Shown one piece after another: positions 24,155-33,304 of a stretch of 35,602 nt of DNA. Source of the DNA: Desulfobacteraceae bacterium (lineage in GTDB: Bacteria; Desulfobacterota; DSM-4660; Desulfatiglandales; Desulfatiglandaceae). The notes under the pieces were generated by a model, which ran no database searches, was not told where the DNA came from, and worked only from the letters and a program-made list of their open reading frames with translations. The stretch lies in NCBI GenBank assembly GCA_030612945.1, contig JAUWMY010000001.1:1-35602 (forward strand). The letters run 5' to 3'. Position 1 is the stretch's first letter; each line of letters starts with the position of its first letter. Position numbers and translations under genes: made by a program.

Positions 24155-24646
24155 TTGGTAGTAGACAGCAACTCCTTTTTGTTTTGCCCTCGCCCTAACA
24201 ATATTAAACAAAGTCATAAGCTGCTCATTCGAGAGCCACCTCGGATCATCCCTCTTAAACCTCTTCCAGCAAAGCCCCCGCAGCGTCTTGGCCGCATACC
24301 CCATCTCCGCCCACATGGCATACATCATACGGATCTGCGGATCATCATCCTGCCGGAACTCATATTCAACATCCGGGTCCCCCTTTTTCCACCCCCGGAT
24401 CTTCACCGGTACCGCAGGCGAAAAAAGCTTCATACCCTTTTTCTGAAAATGATTGATCAGCCTATGTCTCTCAATTAAGGTAAGCTCACTCAAACCGCCA
24501 ACCGGCCGCCCCGCAATATCCGTCATCAGCGCGATCCAAACCACCTTATCTACATTGTACGGAAACCCAGAGGCCGCAAACGCCTTATGCAATAACCGGT
24601 TTTGCCGTGAGTATATGTCAGACGCTTTTTTAACTGTTTTTTTCAT
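24146..24646 (-). CDS. Mu GemA (gp16)-like protein, DUF1018-like (166 aa)
   Basis: Two-domain pattern with ...LSELTLIERHRLINHFQKKG... and ...QIRMMYAMWAEMGY...LCWKRF..., as recollected for gp16/GemA. The stop TGA lies inside the GACTATT array. Confidence 0.7.
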   Translation of the reverse strand: MKKTVKKASDIYSRQNRLLHKAFAASGFPYNVDKVVWIALMTDIAGRPVGGLSELTLIERHRLINHFQKKGMKLFSPAVPVKIRGWKKGDPDVEYEFRQDDDPQIRMMYAMWAEMGYAAKTLRGLCWKRFKRDDPRWLSNEQLMTLFNIVRARAKQKGVAVYYQRN

Positions 24647-24870
24647 GATTCTATCCAGTAGTGTTTGGGTACCAGCCCGCTTCCTTTTAACGCCCTTGTA
24701 CGCCTTACCGACCGGACCGGTAACACCTCGCTGATCGTCTTGACGTAATAGTAGCAGACCCTTATGCTCAGACCGGTGATATCGGAAATCTCCTTGATAG
24801 TATACGGCCCCTTGAGCAGTGTCTCAATAACCCGTAATAACGTGCGTAATATATAATTTCGATCTGCCAT
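24643..24870 (-). CDS. small winged-helix/HTH protein (75 aa from the ATG at 24870)
   Basis: MADRNYILRTLLRVIETLLKGPYTIKEISDITGLSIRVCYYYVK. The upstream part of the track ORF is translated repeat and motif sequence. Confidence 0.55.
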   Translation of the reverse strand: MADRNYILRTLLRVIETLLKGPYTIKEISDITGLSIRVCYYYVKTISEVLPVRSVRRTRALKGSGLVPKHYWIES

Positions 24871-24895
24871 TTTTCTCAAACTGCGTGGAAAAAAC

Positions 24896-25357
24896 TCACT
24901 CGCAACCCGTATCCCGCAACTCGTAACTGTATGTTTTCTTCTCTTTCCTCTTCGCCCCAATCACAACCAACCTCTCATCCGTCCACTTCTCCACCATCGC
25001 CCGGTCCACGCTCTTCGCAATCTTAACTGCCTCATCCCATCCCGCAGCCTCAATCTTCAAAAGCGCATCCCTCGGAATAGACACCCGCATCTCCCGAGCA
25101 TACAGCAATATCCCGTGCAATAATTTCAGCGTATCCTTCCCATCAAAAAGAGGCACACACCGGGACTTCATAAGACCAATCAACTCCTTATCCAACCCCT
25201 TCAACCGATCCCGCATCGGATCAATGCTCCTCGCGTAATGCGCCCGAACACCCTCGATCTCCTTCTCCGCCTCGGCCTCGGAGGCCTGGAGTCGCGCCGT
25301 GGCCTTGCCGATGGCATCCAATAATTTATCCGCGTCTTTTCGTACTGCTTCTTGCAT
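24896..25357 (-). CDS. Mu Gam-like DNA-end-binding / host nuclease inhibitor protein (153 aa)
   Basis: N-terminal coiled coil (LQASEAEAEKEIEGVRAHYARSIDPMRDRLKGLDKEL) followed by ...LLHGILLYAREMRVSIP...IAKSVDRAMVEKW, parallel to Mu Gam. RBS module ACGACTGGAAGGAGT precedes the start. The last ~10 codons are encoded by a heptamer array. Confidence 0.7.
   Translation of the reverse strand: MQEAVRKDADKLLDAIGKATARLQASEAEAEKEIEGVRAHYARSIDPMRDRLKGLDKELIGLMKSRCVPLFDGKDTLKLLHGILLYAREMRVSIPRDALLKIEAAGWDEAVKIAKSVDRAMVEKWTDERLVVIGAKRKEKKTYSYELRDTGCE
24901..24928. repeat. heptamer array CGYAWCY x4, encoding the C-terminus of the Gam-like protein
   Basis: Read directly. It is in the opposite orientation to the related array at 9617-9644. 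Confidence 0.8.
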
Positions 25358-25472
25358 GTTACTCCTTCCAGTCGTGGTTCAAGGTTCACGGTTCCCCGGA
25401 AATACCGGGGCAAGCAAGGGTTCAGGGTTGACCATCCGTACTTTACTCTGCGCCCTCTGCGCCCTCTGCGGT
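25358..25472. repeat. junction module: RBS block, GGTTCAR x3 (25376-25396), hairpin CCCCGG-N5-CCGGGG, GGTTCAR x2 (25418-25433), nonamer CTCTGCGCC x3 (25446-25472)
   Basis: Read directly. Confidence 0.9.
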
Positions 25473-25844
25473 GAAATTTAACGCCATTTGGCCGAGCAGC
25501 TCCTCCAGAGAAATCTTCCTCAACCGTGACTCCAGATTCAGCTTACCAAGCGCCGCCCTCCGGAGCCTGCCACAGTACTCATCCAGCTCCGACCCGGCCC
25601 TGACCAGATAATACCCGCCGCCATTTTGAGCCGCCGTAGATCCAATAGGTATCCCTTTCTGCCTCAACGCCGTGATAACAGTACGAAGCCGCCGCGTATG
25701 ATTGATTTTATTGGTGTAAGGCATATCAAATACCCTCGAAAATAATTCTCCCATATCGACGGCCTTCTCCGATCCCACATGCCGGGAAAGAATCATCAAT
25801 ATTTTACTCGTCGCCTCTTCATTACTCACTTGACTTTTTTCCAT
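25443..25844 (-). CDS. hypothetical early protein (133 aa)
   Basis: AGGAGA lies 8 nt upstream of the ATG. The C-terminal AEGAEGAE is encoded by the CTCTGCGCC nonamer array. Confidence 0.55.
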   Translation of the reverse strand: MEKSQVSNEEATSKILMILSRHVGSEKAVDMGELFSRVFDMPYTNKINHTRRLRTVITALRQKGIPIGSTAAQNGGGYYLVRAGSELDEYCGRLRRAALGKLNLESRLRKISLEELLGQMALNFTAEGAEGAE

Positions 25845-25848
25845 TTTT

Positions 25849-26061
25849 TTATCTCCTGACTTCTGACTTCCGACATCTGACCTCTGTCTTCATTCTTCCA
25901 TCTCTCTCCGCCTCCCTAAATGCAGCCATTTCACTGAGTAAAAGTGTATCCACTTCCAACGAAACTTCACATAGCTTCCCCGGATAATCTCCTGCGGCCG
26001 TTAATCGCTCCACAGCTTCCTCACGAATCAACTCAAATGCCGCCTTTACTCTATGCTCCAT
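25849..26061 (-). CDS. hypothetical early protein (70 aa)
   Basis: Compact ORF. The tail MKTEVRCRKSEVRR is encoded by the TCTGAYN array. Confidence 0.45.
   Translation of the reverse strand: MEHRVKAAFELIREEAVERLTAAGDYPGKLCEVSLEVDTLLLSEMAAFREAERDGRMKTEVRCRKSEVRR
25855..25889. repeat. TCTGAYN heptamer array x5
   Basis: Read directly. Confidence 0.85.
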
Positions 26062-26080
26062 GCCCTATGCTTTTCGTTTA

Positions 26081-26110
26081 CCCTCTGCGTTCTCTGTGTC
26101 TCTGTGAGAG
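26081..26110. repeat. CTCTGYG 8-9-mer array x3-4
   Basis: Read directly. Confidence 0.8.
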
Positions 26111-26677
26111 CTATTCTTCTATCTCCGCCATCGCCATCCGCGCCTCAGCAATAGCCATAAACGCCCGATCCATCGCATCCAACGCCTCTTTCTTCTTGGC
26201 CCGCAACTTCCGAAGCCTCTCCGCCTTCTCATCATTAAGCGGCATACTCGGACCCGGATCCTTTATCATCTGCCACGATCCATTTTTAAGATGCCGCACA
26301 ATCTTCCTCCTGGCCAACATCTGCAACCACTCGGTCGCATAAGTAGGCGCGGCCCCGGCCAGCTCCTCCATATCCGCCAAAGTCACAGTCCGCCGCGCCC
26401 TCAAAACCCGCCACATAACCTCCTGGATCTGGGGTTTATCCGCCGTTTTTCTGGCGGACTTTCCCGACGGCTTCTGCAATAGCCTGTATATACCTTCTCC
26501 CATACGCTCAAATTCACCTGCCTTAACAAGATCCCCCATCACCTGGCGCACCTTTCTCTTATCCGCGTAAGTCTGGATCATGGAGAGATCACAAATATGA
26601 TTGACAGTAAATCCGCTGCCATGCCGTCCCAACCTCAGCGCCGCCGTCCTGATCCTACCCGTAAACGTCTCTTTCAT
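26111..26677 (-). CDS. hypothetical early protein with two winged-helix-like segments (188 aa from the ATG at 26677)
   Basis: The ATG is preceded by GAACGCTTCGCTTGATTTTTAGGGGTAGAGAA. The repeated pattern ...MGDLVKAGEFERMGEGIYRL... and ...WLQMLARRKIVRHLKNGSWQM... suggests two winged-helix units. Confidence 0.55.
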   Translation of the reverse strand: MKETFTGRIRTAALRLGRHGSGFTVNHICDLSMIQTYADKRKVRQVMGDLVKAGEFERMGEGIYRLLQKPSGKSARKTADKPQIQEVMWRVLRARRTVTLADMEELAGAAPTYATEWLQMLARRKIVRHLKNGSWQMIKDPGPSMPLNDEKAERLRKLRAKKKEALDAMDRAFMAIAEARMAMAEIEE

Positions 26678-26697
26678 TTCTCTACCCCTAAAAATCA

Positions 26698-26753
26698 AGC
26701 GAAGCGTTCCTTAACTTTAGGCACTTCAAACTTTAGGCACTTTAGGCACTTCT
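26698..26753. repeat. half core AGCGAAGCGTTC (26698-26709) plus nonamer TTTAGGCAC x3
   Basis: Read directly. It runs from the MuB-like stop to the RBS of the next gene. Confidence 0.9.
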
Positions 26754-27473
26754 TCACCCACTAAGCCCCGTCTTATACGCAATCTCAATCATCTCAACAC
26801 TGATCTCACTGGTCTTCTTCGCATTGCATATCTGGGCCAGGTTCAATACTATCCGCCGCACGCCCCTGAAATTTCCCTGCGACAGCCTTTGAGCGGCCGC
26901 CGACGCCTCGGCAGGCGGTGTAAGTCCGCAGGCCTCCCTGAAATACAGCATAATGTCACTCGCACCGATGGGCCGGAACTCCACCTGCTGAAACGTCCGG
27001 CTCCACACACGCTGGTTCGCTCGCATATATGAGCGCAGGTTCTCTTCGCCAATAAGTATCACCGGGCACCCGGTAATATCGGTAAGGTCCCGCACGACCT
27101 CCAGAAAGACCGAGGGCAGGCGCTCGATTTCGTCAATAAATATGGCCCGCGGCCTCTGCAGGAGAGCGTTCACGGCATCGGTGAAACACTGGCTTTTAAA
27201 ATGCGGGACAGGCTTAATATCCAGCTCGCGGCACAATGCCTGCAAAAATCCCGTGTACGAAGACGACCATATTTTTTGCGTGCGGAGATAAACGCTGTTA
27301 GTATTATTGGCATACCACCTCTGTACGGTCCGCGATTTACCAAGCCCCGCCTCGCCATCCACAATACCAAACCGTCCCTCACCCTCTGCCAACGCCAACC
27401 CTTCCATCATCACATCAAAATTCCGAACATTCTTAGTACGGATAAAAGGATTCTTCACTTCAATCGGTTTCAT
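26754..27473 (-). CDS. MuB-like AAA+ transposition ATPase (239 aa)
   Basis: Walker A GEAGLGKSRT and Walker B AIFIDEIERL. Located downstream of the transposase in the early operon. Confidence 0.82.
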   Translation of the reverse strand: MKPIEVKNPFIRTKNVRNFDVMMEGLALAEGEGRFGIVDGEAGLGKSRTVQRWYANNTNSVYLRTQKIWSSSYTGFLQALCRELDIKPVPHFKSQCFTDAVNALLQRPRAIFIDEIERLPSVFLEVVRDLTDITGCPVILIGEENLRSYMRANQRVWSRTFQQVEFRPIGASDIMLYFREACGLTPPAEASAAAQRLSQGNFRGVRRIVLNLAQICNAKKTSEISVEMIEIAYKTGLSG

Positions 27474-27777
27474 ATACTTCCTCCTCTTTTTTTCGACTCT
27501 TTAGGCAACAAAACAATCTGTAAAACTCTTTAGCTTTTATAATCAGCCCGTCAATATCATCATTCCATTCTCTTAAAATATCGCCTATTTCCCGGTGTGG
27601 TATTTTGCAATCCATTAAAATTTTTACCGCTGTTAACTGTTTCAGGTTATGTTCAGAATATTTTCGGACTCTTCCTCTGCCCCTAACATCCTTGAGGGGT
27701 TTAATTATTCCTGTTTCCACCAAATGAATAACCTGATGCCTACCAAGGCCTAAAATTTCTTTAGGTGTATATTCCAC
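27460..27777 (-). CDS. MerR/excisionase-type HTH protein (105 aa, GTG start)
   Basis: YTPKEILGLGRHQVIHLVETGIIKPLKDVRGRGRVRKYSEHNLKQL. GGGGAGAG lies upstream of the GTG. Confidence 0.55.
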   Translation of the reverse strand: MEYTPKEILGLGRHQVIHLVETGIIKPLKDVRGRGRVRKYSEHNLKQLTAVKILMDCKIPHREIGDILREWNDDIDGLIIKAKEFYRLFCCLKSRKKEEEVYETD

Positions 27778-27790
27778 GTTCTCTCCCCTG

Positions 27791-27826
27791 TATTCTCTGC
27801 GCCCTCTGCGTCTCTGCGGTGAATCA
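27791..27826. repeat. 36-bp unit TATTCTCTGCGCCCTCTGCGTCTCTGCGGTGAATCA (direct repeat copy A)
   Basis: Matches 28465-28500 at 35 of 36 positions. Its last 3 nt are the ASCH stop codon. Confidence 0.92.
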
Positions 27827-28258
27827 ATCTTTTATCAACTCATCCGGCGCATTAAATATCCCCTGGCGCCCCCGGAACGGTACCCTGTTCTTAAGCGGCT
27901 TAATATTCTCCAGGAACAAACAAAACTTACCCGCAACCTCACACATAGCCTTCCCGTTCCACTCCTCACGTTCCACAAAATCCACATTCGGCGCCCATCT
28001 CGCGTCCGCGACCGTGGCAGTACAAATTATATGACCTCTACATCTGTCCACATGCTTCCATAAATTTAAACGCTGTATTGAATCCATATAAGGGATAAAC
28101 CGGTTAAGAAGACAGTTAGTATCAATCTTCTTAGCTGCATGGATAGCGACCCTTTGTCCTATAAGACCCTTAAGCCGCTGATGAGTCCTGATCTCTATGC
28201 TCTTCCACCCCACCTCCACAAACGTCGCCCAGGGCTGCCATAAAGTAATTGCTTTCAT
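27824..28258 (-). CDS. ASCH (PUA-like) domain protein (144 aa)
   Basis: MKAITLWQPWATFVEVGWKSIEIRTH...RVAIHAAKK is a typical ASCH N-terminal signature. Confidence 0.7.
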   Translation of the reverse strand: MKAITLWQPWATFVEVGWKSIEIRTHQRLKGLIGQRVAIHAAKKIDTNCLLNRFIPYMDSIQRLNLWKHVDRCRGHIICTATVADARWAPNVDFVEREEWNGKAMCEVAGKFCLFLENIKPLKNRVPFRGRQGIFNAPDELIKD

Positions 28259-28446
28259 GTTTTATCCAAACTGGCTTTAAATTTATCAATATTCCTTATT
28301 GCCGTTTCGTTTTTTTTCCCCACATCTTTCCATTTTTTCAATGACTGATACCGCCCATCAGGCTCTAAAAAACCGATAATACGCCAAATGCCAAATGGGT
28401 TATCAATAAAGACATCTTGCATCGCGGCATACTTCCTGACATCCAT
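28255..28446 (-). CDS. hypothetical protein (63 aa)
   Basis: AAGGAG lies 8-9 nt upstream of the ATG at 28446. The stop overlaps the ASCH start. Confidence 0.5.
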   Translation of the reverse strand: MDVRKYAAMQDVFIDNPFGIWRIIGFLEPDGRYQSLKKWKDVGKKNETAIRNIDKFKASLDKT

Positions 28447-28464
28447 TTCTCTTTTTCTCCTTTA

Positions 28465-28497
28465 TATTCTCTGCGCTCTCTGCGTCTCTGCGGTGAA

Positions 28498-28500
<3 letters not shown>
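28465..28500. repeat. 36-bp unit TATTCTCTGCGCTCTCTGCGTCTCTGCGGTGAATCA (direct repeat copy B)
   Basis: Its last 3 nt are the transposase stop codon. Confidence 0.92.
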
Positions 28501-30766
<2,266 letters not shown>

Positions 30767-30783
<17 letters not shown>

Positions 30784-31264
30784 TTTTAGTTTTCTCCATT
30801 TCGACCAAAAACATCATGCGCCGTTTTTTCCTGTCCCTGACCTTCTTGATCTGTTCATCCAACTTCTGGATCTCCGCCCTCAACGCCTCCGGCCCTGGCA
30901 AAACAAACAGCCCAACCTTCCGGCCCATCACGATCAGCGGATCATTATTTCCCGTTACCCGGCAAAACGCAGGAAGAAACTCTGCCGGAATATGCCTCCC
31001 AGGCCGCCCGTTCATCTCATCGGATTCGCGCGTCCAGGAATCGATCACTTCCTTGGTCACCGTCTGATCCAGGAGCACACTCATCTCCCCGGCAATCTGG
31101 TACCTGGAAAGAGGACACCCTTTAATAGCCGTCCTGAGTGCACCCCGTAATTGGTCGATTATTTTGAATTGTCCTTCGGTGGGGATCCCCGTCTCGGAGA
31201 GATCTTTCAGAAGATCAAAAATAGAAAGCTGTTTATCGTCAATTCTTCGGCGTGCTTTAGACAT
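30767..31264 (-). CDS. hypothetical early protein between the ner-like gene and the transposase (165 aa from the ATG at 31264)
   Basis: The ORF overlaps the transposase start by 17 nt. No recognisable motif. Confidence 0.55.
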
Positions 31265-31305
31265 TGACAACCTATATCTTGAAGGTTATTTATAACGTAA
31301 CGGTG

Positions 31306-31536
31306 TTAAAAAGCTCTTTTTCGGCGCTTTAAATTAAAATAATACTCCGGAAATACTTCCCGGTGATCGCGGCCGATAATTTTAGAGATAGCCTTCATGA
31401 CCCGATCTGATGGACGCTTTTCAGGATCATGGATAACCCCCGAAACATGGTATTGAGAAACGCCCAGGTCTTGTGCAATAGAAGCTTGCGTGACGTCTCT
31501 CTTTTTTAGTTCAGCTTGAATATCTGCTGGGTGCAT
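31306..31536 (-). CDS. Ner-like DNA-binding protein (76 aa)
   Basis: HPADIQAELKKRDVTQASIAQDLGVSQYHVSGVI...RVMKAISKIIG...FPEYY parallels Mu Ner. AAGGAG lies 8 nt upstream. It is the first gene of the early operon and is divergent from the repressor. Confidence 0.78.
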   Translation of the reverse strand: MHPADIQAELKKRDVTQASIAQDLGVSQYHVSGVIHDPEKRPSDRVMKAISKIIGRDHREVFPEYYFNLKRRKRAF

Positions 31537-31610
31537 AATTCTACTCCTTTATTTCTGGTTAAGCGGAAAATCTGAATTTAATTAAAAACCGTTAACATGA
31601 TATAACTCAC

Positions 31611-31639
31611 ATTAAAACACGTTATTATATTAGGTGTCA
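31611..31639 (-). promoter_or_regulatory. candidate early promoter (Pe-like): TTGACA-N17-TTTAAT on the minus strand
   Basis: The reverse complement of 31634-31639 is TTGACA and that of 31611-31616 is TTTAAT. It lies about 75 nt upstream of the ner-like ATG, flanked by GTGTCCAGA operator copies. Confidence 0.45.
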
Positions 31640-31650
31640 AGCTTTTTCTA

Positions 31651-31659
31651 CGTGTCCAG
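31651..31659 (+). promoter_or_regulatory. operator-like repeat GTGTCCAGA (copy 1)
   Basis: Identical 11-mers GTGTCCAGAAA occur at 31651 and 31731 in the divergent c/ner control region. Confidence 0.5.
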
Positions 31660-31730
31660 AAATATTTCTTTGTTTTACTGAATTAAATTTAAAATATATA
31701 ATTAATTCGATATGTTATTATTGTTTTAAC

Positions 31731-31751
31731 CGTGTCCAGAAAAGTGTCCAG
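31731..31751 (+). promoter_or_regulatory. operator-like repeats GTGTCCAGA and GTGTCCAGG (copies 2 and 3, 12 bp apart)
   Basis: Direct tandem copies at 31731-31739 and 31743-31751. Confidence 0.5.
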
Positions 31752-31764
31752 GTTTAATAATCCA

Positions 31765-31773
31765 ATCTGGACA
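31765..31773 (-). promoter_or_regulatory. operator-like repeat, inverted copy (TTGTCCAGA on the minus strand)
   Basis: The plus strand reads TCTGGACAA about 8 nt before the repressor ATG. It forms an inverted pair with copy 3. Confidence 0.45.
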
Positions 31774-31780
31774 AAATATT

Positions 31781-32431
31781 ATGATGGAAAAGACGGAAAA
31801 AAACGAAAAATTTGCGGAAAGATTATTTAAATTAAGGAGTGCTCTGCCTTTTATAAATAGGAAGATTGTGGGCCAAAAAGTGGTTGCTAAAAGAGCTGGT
31901 ATTAGCGAGGGAAGTTATAATAAAGCTGAAAGAGGTTATGTCCCTGGGAAGGCTGTGTTGTTTTTATTAGCCAAATACTTTAATGTGACAGTTGATTACC
32001 TTGAAAAAGGCCAGATAGGTCCTGTATCTGAGGGGACGCTGCTATGCCAGGGGAATAAATTAGAATTACAGGACGGGGAGGGCCTCTACGGAAAGACGCG
32101 CCAGCGTGAGGTTGAAGGGGCTCCCCTTACCATTACGGAGTTTGAGCCGAAGGAGGGCCAGGTTAAAGGGCCACTCAGGGCGGCTATAGAAGGCCTGGGT
32201 GAGATATTCGATTCTAATGACCCAATACTGATCCCTGCCATCCAGGCCAACATCCGCGCCTTCCAACTCTCCGCCCGCCGCGAATACGATAACACCCAAC
32301 AGGCCCGCCAGATAAAGGCTTTACAAGATGAATGTGATGAATTAAAAGGGAGAATCGATGCCCTTGAGAAGGCTTCCCAAGGTTCTTCGCCAGGCCCCGC
32401 CGAGGACACTACCGAAAGGAAGGTAATATAA
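31781..32431 (+). CDS. XRE-family (CI-like) prophage repressor with a C-terminal coiled coil (216 aa)
   Basis: HTH_XRE pattern VAKRAGISEGSYNKAERGYVPGKAVLFLLAKYFNVTVDYL. Divergent from the ner-like gene. No obvious SD, so the mRNA may have a short leader or be leaderless. Confidence 0.78.
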   Translation: MMEKTEKNEKFAERLFKLRSALPFINRKIVGQKVVAKRAGISEGSYNKAERGYVPGKAVLFLLAKYFNVTVDYLEKGQIGPVSEGTLLCQGNKLELQDGEGLYGKTRQREVEGAPLTITEFEPKEGQVKGPLRAAIEGLGEIFDSNDPILIPAIQANIRAFQLSARREYDNTQQARQIKALQDECDELKGRIDALEKASQGSSPGPAEDTTERKVI

Positions 32432-32460
32432 TTTTCGTAATTTTCACATAGGAGGTCTAT

Positions 32461-32805
32461 ATGTTTGTATTGGAAAATCTTTCTTCATTATTAATCGGAA
32501 TTTTTGTTCTTATACTTTTAATTATGTCCATCCTGATGCCATTTTTTATTTTTCAGATTCGCGACTATACCCTTAGAATCAAAAAAGAAATCATCAAACT
32601 AAATGAAAGTATGTCTCTTTTAAATGATAACATAATAGCTATCGGTAAAAATTCAGCTATCACCGTAGAACTTCAACAGGGAGGCTCTCTTTCCCAATGC
32701 TCATGGTGTAAAAAAACCTTCCCCTCATCCCAAGCTAAAATTCATAAAGATATAATTCTCTGCCCGGATTGCGCCAACAAACAAACCCTACTTAAACGCC
32801 GCTGA
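32461..32805 (+). CDS. membrane-anchored zinc-ribbon protein co-oriented with the repressor (114 aa)
   Basis: AGGAGG lies 6 nt upstream of the ATG. Has an N-terminal transmembrane helix (LLIGIFVLILLIMSILMPFFIF) and C-terminal CSWC...CPDC. Noticeably more AT-rich than the rest of the phage. Confidence 0.65.
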   Translation: MFVLENLSSLLIGIFVLILLIMSILMPFFIFQIRDYTLRIKKEIIKLNESMSLLNDNIIAIGKNSAITVELQQGGSLSQCSWCKKTFPSSQAKIHKDIILCPDCANKQTLLKRR

Positions 32806-33020
32806 ATCTCATTCATAGTTTTTAAAACTGCGTGGAAAAAAACCGGAAATTCCCATGAAATTCACAGAAATTATTTTCCAACGTTAAAAATTTAATCCTC
32901 ACCTTAACGTATAGTTTTCTTTACCTTTTTAACCCACACACCCCCATTTTCCAACTCTCAAACTCCTTACCCCCCCATATTGATATTTGGATCGATTTTC
33001 ATTTTATATGGAATTACATG

Positions 33021-33050
33021 AAAAAAGGGCTTAGATTATCATCTAAGCCC
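33021..33050 (-). terminator. intrinsic terminator of the tRNA-fMet transcript
   Basis: Minus strand reads GGGCTTAGAT-GATA-ATCTAAGCCC, a perfect 10-bp stem, followed by TTTTTT. It lies 12 nt after the tRNA 3-prime end. Confidence 0.8.
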
Positions 33051-33061
33051 CTTAATATCGA

Positions 33062-33138
<77 letters not shown>

Positions 33139-33149
33139 AAACTTTTTAT

Positions 33150-33178
33150 AAGATAGCAACTGATAATTGATTTGTCAA
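33150..33178 (-). promoter_or_regulatory. sigma70-type promoter for tRNA-fMet (TTGACA-N17-TATCTT)
   Basis: The reverse complement of 33173-33178 is TTGACA and that of 33150-33155 is TATCTT. The -10 element ends about 11 nt before the mature tRNA 5-prime end. Confidence 0.6.
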
Positions 33179-33304
33179 TTGGAAATTACCATGGCCAGCA
33201 ATTCTAATTTTGGCCCTCAATAGTCGTAGGGTAGGTTGAGCCCTGCTTGAGGTGGTGTTCGGCTGGTGCGGAAAGCGCATAGCGGTGAAGGGTTTTGTCG
33301 AATT

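Noticed and set aside
32746-32820. A 24-codon minus-strand ORF following the end-proximal copy of the TTTTTCCACGCAGTTT motif
   Set aside because: It is too short and lies antisense to the 3-prime end of a well-supported gene. It is probably a coincidental ATG or the remnant of a duplicated gene start.
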